From Tubiluchus corallicola (lineage: Eukaryota > Animalia > Priapulida): a stretch of DNA of 64,000 nucleotides. Positions 53,291 through 64,000 of this stretch are shown in pieces; positions within the stretch are counted from its first letter, which is position 1, and every line of letters starts with the position of its first letter. The notes under the pieces are model-generated. The model searched no databases, had not been told where the DNA came from, and saw only the letters and a list, made by a program, of their open reading frames with translations. The stretch lies in contig JAQGDQ010001054.1 in NCBI GenBank assembly GCA_030141605.1, positions 3,347 through 67,346 on the forward strand, read 5' to 3'. The translations under genes were made by a program, and so were the position numbers.

Positions 53291-54659
53291 CCCTTATTAT
53301 TATGAACAGTTGCAAATGTATAAAATTCAATATGACCTCTCTTTTTCTTATGATTTTTATGTCTGTGGGTAATATGTACATTTGTGTGAGAATCTTTAGT
53401 CAAAATCAAGTCAAATCAAACCAAGTTTATTTTTCTCTATAACATTACAGAAACGTATACATGTAACAAAAATATGCAAACATAATTAGAGTAATGTATA
53501 CGTTTACACGTTTACACGTATACATATACGGTTATTTAAAACTTATATATATATATAACTAACGTATACATATACATAAATAACCGTATATGTATACGTG
53601 TAAACGTATACATAAACATATATAAGTGAAAACATATATAAAACAATACGGTACGAGATGGTATCGTATCTAAATTAATTATAATAATATAATATAAAAT
53701 AAAAATAATATAAAATAATATATATATATATATAAGTAAAAACATATTAAAAAAGAAAAGTGAACAAAATTAACGTTGTTTTGAAAAGACCCATAGTATG
53801 ATATTTTGTAAAACTAGAAACACAATTTCATGCAAGTTACAATAATAATAGTGATGATAAAACTCTTGAAGATAAATCTCTTTAATGCAGTTTATACAAC
53901 TTACATGTATTGTGATAAGGTATAATATATGTATTTTATATATGTACACAAATAATATAGGTATTTAACCCCACGAGGTTTCTTGTATTTAATGTGCATA
54001 TTACGTTACTTAACTTCAAATGACTAACCTGCACACCCATGACTAACCAGATTCTTCCCTATGCACACCCTAATTTTACACCCTGCCTTGTTTTGATTAA
54101 CCCTTTCTCGCTATCAATGTTGTTCTTACAAGATTTCCTGTCAGCACACACTGTAAATATTTACTTTTTGTTTGGCATGCCATTTTGTAATAAAACTGTT
54201 ACGTTTCATTGAACTTACGTTGCTTTTTGTGAAAAATAAATTTAAAACTAAATCTAAATCGATATCTAATCTTTAAAAATTGGGATGATCAATTTTAGCT
54301 ATTGTAAACTTCAATAATGATCCTATATCGATGCCACGAAAGTTGGCACAAAAATGTCCCATGTAAGTTGATTAACTTTTACTGTTTACAACACGGATAG
54401 GTGACACATGGGTAACTGACTGAAAGCTTTTTTTAAAATAAAGTGTTTACATTGCTGCCACAGATGTCGCCACATACATGAATGTTATAAGTAAACAAAA
54501 ACAGCAGATAATTCTCCTGCAGTTGTTATAATTAATTTTTGCATAAAAGGACAACTGTTATTATTACGATACTGTACAGGTCATTTGAAAGTACTATCGT
54601 TGAAGGATTCCTTCAGAAAATATATTAATTATTATTAGTATTACTCTACCCACTTTTAA

Positions 54660-55262
54660 AGCAAAATCGGACTCAGGCTGTAAATCAAGACAATCTACTC
54701 TTTAAAATATTGAAAGGAAACATACTATTTTTTTCAAAAATGACTTACGTGAAAGAATTATGACCACACAAACACAATTTCACGTTCGCGTCACTAGTTC
54801 TTTGCTCTTACGTGCATTTCGCCATTCGCTAGTTAGACGGGCGCTCGCGCTTGCGTTTCGGAAATGCATTGCACAAAAACAGGTTCTGCACCTCTCAGTT
54901 CATATGTGTTTGTTTGCGACGAACTACACACGTTCGACAGCTCATGCGTGAGCACGGCGGTAATTTTGAATTTTAATTTTAAAACTTGCCTAGTTTTAAT
55001 TCAACACACTGAATATTTTACAGTAGCACCGTACTTCAATTTTCGCTTTTGCAAACACGTAAAAAACACGCTCGTGGAATATTTTTGCTTTTGGAAATTA
55101 TGTTAGTTTGTGATGTCATTACTAGTTTGGCTCCTCCGTTGTTAATTAAGATTGTAATCTATAAATTATCAGAAACCTTTTTGATAACAGAACTAGTATT
55201 AAATGTGTTAAAATGTACATTCTACCGCACTTGAAAATGGGGTAGTATATGAAAAATCATCC
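54660..55262 (+). mobile_element. Kolobok-like MITE, family C
   Basis: TTAA then agcaaaatcggac start; collinear with 1259-1879. Confidence 0.75.
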
Positions 55263-55899
55263 TCCATCCTGCTGTACCTCAAGGTTCATACTTCCCAAAT
55301 CAAGTTTTGTTAATGTCCCTGCTGGCTTCAGGCGAATTTGCCTACTGTCGATAACTAAGCCTTTTCTCTGACTGTTGTTATTTTACTGGCAAACATTTAT
55401 TTACGTTTACAAATGAAATAGTTGCTGTACCTTAATTTTCGTGGCGCGCTTTAGAAATTGCTAAGTTCGTCTTTAGTGCTTTGTTGTTTTTCTATTTTTG
55501 GGTTTTTGCGAAACTTTCATTAATGAATAAAATGAATGAAAACAACGTTATCATTCGAGAAAAAACGTTACTTCATTTTAGGGCGAATGCGATTTATAAA
55601 TTTAGGAAAAATTTAGATCTTGTACAACTGCAATAGCTTCTATATCCGTCCACGTCTATTCAAGCCTCGATCTGAAATGTCTTACAGATACAGCAGGAGT
55701 GAATAAACTTGGAAAATTGAAGTGACTGTTTGTTTAACTATCCTGGTTGAACGATAAGAAATGCACGACGCATCTATACACCACAGAGAAACATCGTATT
55801 AAAAATTGCTATTCTAAGTTTAATATCAGTGACAATTTGTGCTTTTCTTATGGAGTGTTTTTTCTGCTCTGAGTTTTGTGTTTTACAAGTGATTCTGTT

Positions 55900-56520
55900 C
55901 TCGCACACGTGCTTTTCTATTGTTTTTTAGCCTGACAGTGACTGCATATCTTCTCTTGTATTTTTCTGTGTTTCGGGTTTTGTCCTTCACTAGCCGTTGT
56001 ATTTTTTTCTGTACCATAAATTATTTGCTTTAATAGTGAACGGGATCTTTCTCTTCTGTTTTTTGTGCTGTAAGTTCTTTGTTTTATTAGCGAACTTGTT
56101 CTTTCTCTTGTGTTTTTTCAGTATCATAAATTCTTTACTTTATTAGTGAACTTAATCTTTCTCTTGTGTTGTTTTCTTTATCATAAATTCTTTGCTTTAT
56201 TAGTAAACGAGTTCTTTCTCTTCTGTTTTTTTGTGCTGTAGATTCTTTGTTTATTAGTGAATTCTTCTTTGTGTTTTTTTACGTAACTTTTTTCTTTAGT
56301 GAATTAGTTCTTTCTCTTGTGCTTTTCAATACCGTAAATTCTTTCTTTTATTAGTGAAAAACTTCCTTCTCTTGTGTTTTTTCTGAACTGTAAATTCTTT
56401 TTTTATCAGTGAATTTCTTCTTTTTTTCCGTGATTTTTGTGTACTGTGAACTATTTTCTTTAGTAAACGAGTTCTTTCTTGAGTTTTTTCAGTGCTGTAA
56501 ATTTCATGCGTTGTTAGTGA
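55900..56520. repeat. Degenerate T-rich ~55-bp minisatellite upstream of the protease exon
   Basis: Recurring ttctcttgtgtttttt...taaattcttt...ttattagtgaa. Confidence 0.8.
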
Positions 56521-56708
56521 TTGTATTTATTTCGATAACCGGAAATAAAGTGAAAAGGAAACATGCCGGTTATTTTCATTCTAAGAATTCTTTTTCCCAT
56601 CACCAATAAGTTTTTAATTACTGCAACTGTTTTTGTATTTTGTTGAGCCTAATCATTACTTGTAAAATGTTTAATACGAATGACATTTTCAGTTGGTGAA
56701 CAGTAGCA

Positions 56709-58970
56709 ATGGTGTGGTGGATGAAAGTCCTGGTTTCAGCTTGCACACTTTGGCTTTGTGCAGCAAGTGGACGAGAGACGTGCGAGGACTTTGACCAACA
56801 AATTCCAGCCACTTTGGCCTTCCTAGATGGTTCTAATGCCGTACGATCACACGGGAGGCTCGTAGAGATGAGACAAGAGGAGGAACTTTTCCTCTTGACC
56901 ATAGAGGTGCCAACCTCAGAGTGTTCCAACTGGAATGACACCATTATATCGTCTACCTCACGTGGGAGTTTGTTGCTTTTGCACCACGCGCCTGTAGCAC
57001 AAGTAACAGGCACCCAATCAACTGTAGAAAGCACCGCAAGAGATTTCTCTATCTTTTGTGATGTTGTGGCTCAACCAAGTGACGTAACAGAAGTCCACTG
57101 GTTTAAGAACGGCAGGCAAATAGTAACCGATTCTGATCAAAAATATAGAGTCACTTTGGGGATAAAACCTGCATTGACATTTTTGTCTGTGGGAGATGAT
57201 GACGGGGGTTCGTGGCAGTGTCAGGCCAGAAATTCGGTTGGGTTTGGATCTCTTAGCTCTCCTTTTAACTTGGTGGTGACTCCCAAACCCGTTGTCACGT
57301 TTGCTCCAAAAGTTCTGGCACGTGAAACAGATGAAGTTACCTTTGAGTCGAATAAGGAAACAACAAGAGATCTGGTCTACACCATTCCTTGCCAGTATGA
57401 AGCAAAACCTGACACGCTGTTAGAAGTTGAGTGGCACAAAGACAATAACATACTGGCTACCAGGATGTCGGAGCTTTACTCGGGAGCTACGACTAGCTTT
57501 CCGTCTTTAATTATTCACGGAATCGACGACAGTGATGCCGGCAACTACACTTGTCGTTTGAGAAACGCTGCCGGTTTTGGACAGTCGAGTCCTCCGTTTC
57601 TGCTGAGAGTTAACTCGCCATTGTCTTGCGAAGGAGGGGAAATTCAACAAATTACAGCAACAGTTGCAGAAACGGTGCAGCTGCATTGCAACATTGCAGG
57701 AGCAACACCAGAAATGCCAATCTCTTATCAATGGCTACACAAGGGTCGGTTTACCAACAATATTGATGGTCATCGGTCGTCCAGACTGGAGGTGACCCTT
57801 AGCCAAGAAGACTTTGCGAATTACGAATGTGTAGCTACTGTAGAGAAGCCAAGAAGGGAAGTTAAATGTGAGTTTGTTTTACGGGTGGATAAATCCAACA
57901 TTCCACAGTTCTGTCCAGCACTGAAACCGAAAAATGCAAAACTTTTTCAAACATCTCTGTTAGGCAATGTCAACCCAATTCGCGGACCGGATGGTGGTTT
58001 TGCCAAAAACGTGCAACTTAAGTACGTATGCGACGATTTCTACAAATTCCGTCCTTGGTTCAAATTTGAGGTGGAGACGCACGACGACGGAGTGAGGACC
58101 TGCGGCAGGTTTGTGCCAGGCAAGTGGGCGCCGGTCACGCCACCGATCTGCATTCCGGACTGCGGGAGATCCTTTGCACCTCGCCGACCCACAATTATCA
58201 ACGGTACGGAAGCTGACCCTCAAAAATGGCCTTGGATGGCGTCCGTTAGGCGAAAACAATCGTTCACCACCGTTCACATCTGTGGCGGAGCACTTTTAAG
58301 CTCTAATGCTGTCGTCACGGCTGCGCATTGCGTCACCAGGGAATTCCGAAAAGAGGCGGTAAACGTCGACTCTCTTGTGGTATCTTTGGGAAAACGAAAA
58401 CGTAATGACAAAGACGATGACCCTGCAAATTTGCAAACCTTCAATGTTCGGAGCATTCACGTACACGACGATTACAATCCTTTTAACTTAGACGCTGACA
58501 TTGCTGTTCTCTTGTTACAAGATGAAGCAAAGATCAACGAACACGTTCAGACAGTTTGCCTACCAAAATTCGATTTTGAACCTGGCGTCGAAGGTGTGGT
58601 TACCGGATGGGGACTCACTGAAAGAAAGGTTACCGCCGATGTCCTCTTAGAAGCAAGATTGCCAATTGTTGACCAGCAAAAATGTCAAGCTTCTTTCAAT
58701 AACATTTTGGGTCAAGCGGCTCCGCTTCAGCTGACAGACAACATGATGTGTGTGGGTAATGAAGATGGAAAAGGGGGTACTTGTACAGGAGACAGCGGTG
58801 GTCCATTTGTTGTGGGAAGGAAAGACAAGAGAGGGAGTACTGACATTACTTACAGATTGGCTGGAATTGTCAGTTTTGTGTCGAATGAAGGGTGTGGAAT
58901 ACCGAATAGGTTTGCTGTATTCACACGAGTTGCTAATTTCATTCGTTGGCTACAAAATATTGTATTTTAA
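56709..58970 (+). CDS. Secreted modular serine protease: signal peptide, 3 Ig domains, CCP/sushi, S1A protease
   Basis: 753-aa single-exon ORF. Ig C-W-C patterns at about 57030-57280, 57370-57615 and 57640-57890; CCP at about 57912-58152 followed by IPDCG; mature N-terminus IING at 58194; triad TAAHC (His 58326), DADIA (Asp 58497), GDSGGP (Ser 58794); acceptor ttttcag ends at 56692. Confidence 0.95.
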   Translation: MVWWMKVLVSACTLWLCAASGRETCEDFDQQIPATLAFLDGSNAVRSHGRLVEMRQEEELFLLTIEVPTSECSNWNDTIISSTSRGSLLLLHHAPVAQVTGTQSTVESTARDFSIFCDVVAQPSDVTEVHWFKNGRQIVTDSDQKYRVTLGIKPALTFLSVGDDDGGSWQCQARNSVGFGSLSSPFNLVVTPKPVVTFAPKVLARETDEVTFESNKETTRDLVYTIPCQYEAKPDTLLEVEWHKDNNILATRMSELYSGATTSFPSLIIHGIDDSDAGNYTCRLRNAAGFGQSSPPFLLRVNSPLSCEGGEIQQITATVAETVQLHCNIAGATPEMPISYQWLHKGRFTNNIDGHRSSRLEVTLSQEDFANYECVATVEKPRREVKCEFVLRVDKSNIPQFCPALKPKNAKLFQTSLLGNVNPIRGPDGGFAKNVQLKYVCDDFYKFRPWFKFEVETHDDGVRTCGRFVPGKWAPVTPPICIPDCGRSFAPRRPTIINGTEADPQKWPWMASVRRKQSFTTVHICGGALLSSNAVVTAAHCVTREFRKEAVNVDSLVVSLGKRKRNDKDDDPANLQTFNVRSIHVHDDYNPFNLDADIAVLLLQDEAKINEHVQTVCLPKFDFEPGVEGVVTGWGLTERKVTADVLLEARLPIVDQQKCQASFNNILGQAAPLQLTDNMMCVGNEDGKGGTCTGDSGGPFVVGRKDKRGSTDITYRLAGIVSFVSNEGCGIPNRFAVFTRVANFIRWLQNIVF

Positions 58971-58976
58971 ATTTAA

Positions 58977-59513
58977 AGGAAAACCAGATGATTGTGTAAA
59001 CACGAGCTTAGAATAAAGAATGCTTTAAAATACTGAAAACAACAATAGCTTTTTTTATATCAAAGCTTAAATTAAATAATAATTACCTCAGATACTCAAA
59101 TTTCTTTAAACTTTCAAAGCTACGCGCGGCTCAGTGAATCTACTAAGATTGGCAGCGGCGCCTTTATGTCACGTGCGTGTGGCCGACAAATAGAAGGCGG
59201 TACCGTGATAACCATGATCATGAACTGCAGCGTTAGTTTCATGACGTCATACATAGTCCCCATTTTTCGTGACATCATGCGTTTGAACAGTACTGTAACA
59301 CCTATGCAAATGTGCTTGAGGCGCAAGGGAAAACGCCTGTCATTGCACAAACTGTGGCTAGTTTCTGACGTAAGCTATAGCTGCGTTCGGTTGCCGTTTA
59401 TTAACTTTCTAAGCTAATTATTCAAAATTAAGAAACAATTGCTAACTTTTATAGGCAAGAAATTGTATATTTTGGACAGTAAATTTGAGTCTAAACAATC
59501 GTCCGGTCTTCCT
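58977..59513 (+). mobile_element. Kolobok-like MITE, family A, complete, starting 6 bp after the protease stop codon
   Basis: TTAA at 58973-58976 and 59514-59517; same TIRs and body as 14642-15178. Confidence 0.88.
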
Positions 59514-59536
59514 TTAAGAATAATGCGACTGATTTA

Positions 59537-59550
59537 ACGCCATCTAGCGT
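59537..59550 (-). promoter_or_regulatory. CTCF-like motif
   Basis: Reverse complement aCGCTAGATGGCGt. Confidence 0.35.
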
Positions 59551-60984
59551 ATGTTGGCTGGGTCTATAGCATCAGTTAAACGTGATTCATTGCTTTTTGT
59601 GATTGTTAATATTTACTATGTAATCATGGCGATATTTTCTAAAAATGACTATTAACAACCTGAAAAATTTCCAAAATAAATCAATATCTCTATTGTTTTC
59701 TTATTTGTTGTTTATTTCTAATCTAATACCGGTTACTTCCCGAATATTTGATGTTCTGAAAAATATTTTGTGCCTGGCACTGTCAAGTTTTGCGTTTTTG
59801 CGACAGGAAAGAACGTTCATTACATGACAGTGTAAATATAATGATAATTACGATGAAGATAAATCGTTATTTACCCAATATATATATCACCACCACCATA
59901 CATATACATATACGTTACGGTTTTAATTTACGTTAAAACCAGGATAAATGAGGCCAGAAAGATTCATAACGCCAGTTTTAAAGAGAAAGAAAAGAGAAAA
60001 TTTTAAACTATATCCTAAATAAACTTTGGGCCAAAGTTATATCACTTTGTAATACGTTTACGTGTTTGAAAGACTGCCACTAGAAAAGAAAATGTTTAGT
60101 AATATAAAATATTTGCACCAGCTGATGAAACGTCACCGAATCATCCTCCCAGAGTGCACCACTGGCCCACCAAAAAGATATTATTAACATTGTTGATAAA
60201 ATAAAGTAATTTATATTTTTGCTTATTAGTAAAAGAATGTGCTACAAATGCTTTGCTTATTCTTTCAAACTTTACGAATGTTTCAAACTCATTGTTTAGA
60301 GTTTATTAACGGCTTATTAACGTTTTACGATTAAAATGAATAACATATTGGATTAAAATGATTAAAATAATCATCGTCAGCGTTTGAATTTTCAGTTGAA
60401 ATTAAAAGTTGAAAATCTTTAAATAACTAAACTCTAACAGAGCGCGCACATGTAAGTAACAAAAAACTGCGCAATTAAAAGTGCGCAATCATGCAACCGG
60501 GGTCCATACTTTTAACCGCGCAAATCAAAACTGCATTTCTGCGCAGGGCCTAAACTCAGCAAGGTAGCGGATGAAAACAGGGTGTCAGAAAATTCTCAAC
60601 GTTCTTCATGAAACAGACGCCGTTGTTCAGTTACCTGAAATTATATACAAGACGTATTTCCTAAACTAGTTTTCCTTCGCAAATTGTGTAGCGCCATTGT
60701 GGAATTCCCCACCGTCACGTGTAAATGGACATCCTTTGGTCACTGCAATGGATGCCGAATTATTTCGAAAACTTTTAAACACCTTGCATTCAAATTGCAG
60801 TCTTTTGTATTACAATCGGCACATGTAAAGAAACCGCATTGTCTAATATTCTGAAATGTTGTGAATCTTGTTGCTCCCTCAAGCGGTTTATTTCTGTGCG
60901 TCTCTTGCGCACCCTATTGACTATTTTTATTCTTATTAATTTAGTATTTTTGTTTATTTTATTATTTTATGGGTGTCAAACAAG

Positions 60985-61410
60985 CTAAACTAAACTGAGC
61001 TGAGCTACGCCGCACTGCACTGCACTGCACTGAGCTGAGCCGAGGTGAGCTACGCTGTACTGCACTTAGCCGAGCTGAGCTACGCTGTACTGCACTTAGC
61101 CGAGCTGAGCTGAGCTGTGCTGCACTTAGCCGAGCTGAGCTGAGCTGTGCTGCACTGAGTAGAGCGGAGCTGAGCTGTGCTGCACTTAGCCGAGCTGAGC
61201 TGAGCTGTTCTGCACTGAGTAGAGCGGAGCTGAGCTGTGCTGCACTTAGCCGAGCTGAGCTGAGCCGTGCTGCACTGAGTAGAGCGGAGCTACGCTGTAC
61301 TGCACTGAGTTGAGCTGTGCTGAGCCGTGCTGCACTGAGTAGAGCGGAGCTACGCTGTACTGCACTGAGTTGAGATGTGCTGAATACGTCACATAAATAA
61401 ACTAAACTAA
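60985..61410. repeat. Pentamer-built minisatellite (CTGAG/CTGCA/CTGTG; 30-40-bp units)
   Basis: For example ctgcacttagccgagctgagctgagctgtg repeated. Confidence 0.92.
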
Positions 61411-61767
61411 ATTAAGCTACCTGCAAAAAAACAGCCAGCTATGAAATCTCTATGTAGTGAAAATAACTTTTTAAAGCAAAATATTCCATTTTTCATATTT
61501 ACTGGGTAAACAAAACTCTCATACAAATATTAGTACAGCATGTTTACATAGACATTTACATATACACACGCGCAAGCAAAATGTAATTAAGATATTTACA
61601 AAAAGAACCATTTACAACGAATCATAGATTGATGTATAACAACCAAACTAATAATGCAAACACAGAATACAGCATCTCTGCAGTTGCTAGTTAATAAGAA
61701 TTTATATTTCATTATATTCTTGATCTACAGCAAAGAGGATATTTTACATAGCTACGCGCTACATTGC

Positions 61768-62282
61768 ATATCTTACAGTAGCACTGTACTTCAATTTTCG
61801 CTTTAGCAAACACGTGCAACACGCTCGTGGAATATTTTTACTGCTGAAAATTGTGCTAGTTTGTGATGTCACCAATAGCTAAGCCGTTAATTAAGTTTTT
61901 AATTATCTGAAACACTTTTTCAGTATTAATCGTGTTAAAATGTATGCTTTTTATCAGATTTGAAAATGGGGTAGTATATAGAAAATCATCCTGTCTTAAT
62001 TTAATCTATAGTTTAGTTCCACAGTTAGATAAAAAATGGTGTTTTACCTCTCTGTACTTCAATTTTCACTTTTGCAAACACGTGCAACACGCTGGTGGAA
62101 TATTTCTGCTGTTGAAAATTATGTTAGTTTGTGATGTGATTAATGCTCGCCTGCCATTAATTAAGTTTTTAATCTATTATTTAATTATCTGAAACGCTTT
62201 TGCAGTATTAAATGTGCTAAAATGTATACTTTTTATCGGATTTGAAAATGTGGTAGTGTACGAAAAATCACCCTGTATTCCT
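61768..62282 (+). mobile_element. Two tandem 3' halves of the Kolobok-like family C
   Basis: ctgtacttcaatttt...gaaaatggggtagtat occurs twice; the second copy ends ccctgtattcct+TTAA. Confidence 0.75.
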
Positions 62283-62466
62283 TTAAAAACATTAAAATTG
62301 TCAACATTGTTTTAAATTTTATAAATGAAAAAAAATCCTATAAAACAGTAAATTGTCTCTCAAAAACAAACAAATTGACCCACTGGGCAGGCATAGCCCT
62401 TGAGCACCATAAGCACCATAAGAGCCACCAAATTTTTCATAAAAAATCTCATGTTTTGGCAATCTT

Positions 62467-62670
62467 CTAGCTTTCCGACTCTCCAATAGTATCCATGGGT
62501 TCTGGAGGTGGCATTGCGTGAGGTTTGTGCATCGCCGCTGCGTAAGATTGTCTCGTTCGACTAGGAGTTTCGTCCAATTCTTCTGCTTCTTTAAGAGGTT
62601 CTGGATTTTCGTATTCTGCGCTGCTAGTTTTTGTCGTAGCGGCGACGCATGTCGGTTCCCATTCGGGATC
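62467..62670 (-). CDS. Putative terminal coding exon (67 aa plus stop) of a gene whose other exons lie further right; product unknown
   Basis: Minus-strand acceptor tcagtttcttactcgttttccag, then an open phase-0 frame DPEWEPTCVAATTKTSSAEYENPEPLKEAEELDETPSRTRQSYAAAMHKPHAMPPPEPMDTIGESES*; GC-richer unique island. Confidence 0.45.
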   Translation of the reverse strand, partial: DPEWEPTCVAATTKTSSAEYENPEPLKEAEELDETPSRTRQSYAAAMHKPHAMPPPEPMDTIGESES

Positions 62671-62727
62671 CTGGAAAACGAGTAAGAAACTGAGGATATC
62701 TGAGAGTGCAATGAATTGTTAATAGTC

Positions 62728-63510
62728 CAATAGCGGCTCGTGTATAGGTATCCCGGAACTGCAGCACCCCCTATTTTCACTCAATACTATCGATAATATT
62801 CAGTATAATAAGTTTTTTTCTTTTGTCCTTTCTTTATACTTGTACGGAACGAGAGCACGTGAGGGTAGCACTGTTTGCTATGCAGGCCAGCACAATGCGC
62901 TCCAGCAATGCGGTGTTTTGCTGTTGTGCGCATGCGGTCATGTGCACATGTCTGAGAGCAGGTAGAGAAAGTACTGTCGCTCACACAGTTTGTTGTCAGT
63001 TGTCACGTACTTACCGTGAGTGGATCAAGCTTGAACTGCGACAATTTAGGCTATTAGTAAGCAAAAAATATTTTTTTAGGATTTTATCAAGTTTATATAT
63101 AAACTTTCATGTGTTTGTGAGTTAAAAATTACAAATGCAACATCAAAATAACATGTATTTGTTTCGTTTTACACAGCAATATGGTGTTAGGATGTTGTAC
63201 GCAAGCGCACATGTTTGAACCCAGTTAGAAAAAGTACTGTCGTTTATACAGTTTGTTGTCAGTTGTCACGTGCTTACCGTGAATAAATCAAGCTTGAACA
63301 GCGACCATTTAGACTGTAATAGAAAGGAAATTTTTTGTTTCGGATTTCTTGTATAAACTTTCGCATGTTTGTTTATTGAAAATTACAATTACAAATTACA
63401 ACATTAAAATTACACAAATTGTGCCTGTTTCGTTTTACACAGTATTAAAACAAGGGCCAAACGTTTTCTGAAGCAGCAACCCCAGTAATTTTAGCTACGA
63501 GACGCCAATG
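62728..63510 (+). mobile_element. Older copy of the CAGTGGCGG hAT MITE with an internal duplication
   Basis: Ends caatagcggctcgt / acgagacgccaatg; the segment about 62960-63175 is repeated at about 63225-63440; no TSD preserved. Confidence 0.8.
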
Positions 63511-64000
63511 GTTGACACGTTTGCCATTGTTAACAAAATGTGACATAACAAAATCTTCGCACGACACTTTTCCAGCAAGGTCTTGAGAACAATTTAAAAT
63601 CTGTTAGCATTTTGAAATGACAACAAGATATGTCAGTAGTTAAAAATGCTCGATTTGACCCTCATTAAAGTTTTTGTTTAATCAAAGTGGTTTATTTGAG
63701 ATGTTGCAGGATTTATTATTATTATTATTATTATTATAATTCTTTATTTTTAAAAACTATGTACACAATGCATTTACTTTATTTGTAGGGATATGTTTAA
63801 AATTTCTAAAAGCATTTACAACGTATTAAACCTATATATAATTTAGAATCCAACGCATGAGACACATTGAACGACAACGATCATATACAACAGACATAGT
63901 TACAAATTATAATCCAACACTACATACATACATAATAAAAGATAACGAACACATTTTAATACTTAGCAACAAAAATTTACACACATTATACATCTATTGT

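Noticed and set aside
62319-62780. 153-aa minus-strand ORF
   Set aside because: It starts inside a hAT MITE and reads through a splice acceptor; the alternative frame 62467-62670 looks more protein-like, although this frame is not strictly excluded.

Overview
AT-rich, repeat-dense animal genomic DNA, not prokaryotic. An arthropod is my inference from the protein families and core-promoter motifs. Four long intact coding regions are each contained in one exon: (1) a BTB-BACK protein whose C-terminus looks like a MATH domain rather than the usual PHR or Kelch (28823-30091, -), with a decayed tandem copy just downstream; (2) a 974-aa Gln/Arg/Phe-rich low-complexity protein with no Cys, Trp or Tyr (33115-36042, +); (3) a divergent FMRFamide/sex-peptide-receptor-like class A GPCR (47904-49382, +); (4) a secreted protease with the unusual order signal peptide - 3 Ig - CCP/sushi - chymotrypsin-fold serine protease, with an intact catalytic triad and a non-trypsin pocket (56709-58970, +). 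A probable terminal exon of a fifth gene lies at 62467-62670 (-). The rest consists of MITEs (hAT with perfect 8-bp TSDs, Kolobok and piggyBac with TTAA, Harbinger-like), LINE remnants (RTE, RTEX), a solo LTR, two copies of a 5S-rRNA-headed SINE with a bipartite RTE body, a 2-kb 40-bp satellite with a 960-bp higher-order repeat, and many compound micro- and minisatellites. The best novelty candidates are the Ig-CCP-protease, the 5S/RTE SINE and the BTB-BACK-MATH gene. All family assignments come from motif recognition by eye; no searches were run.
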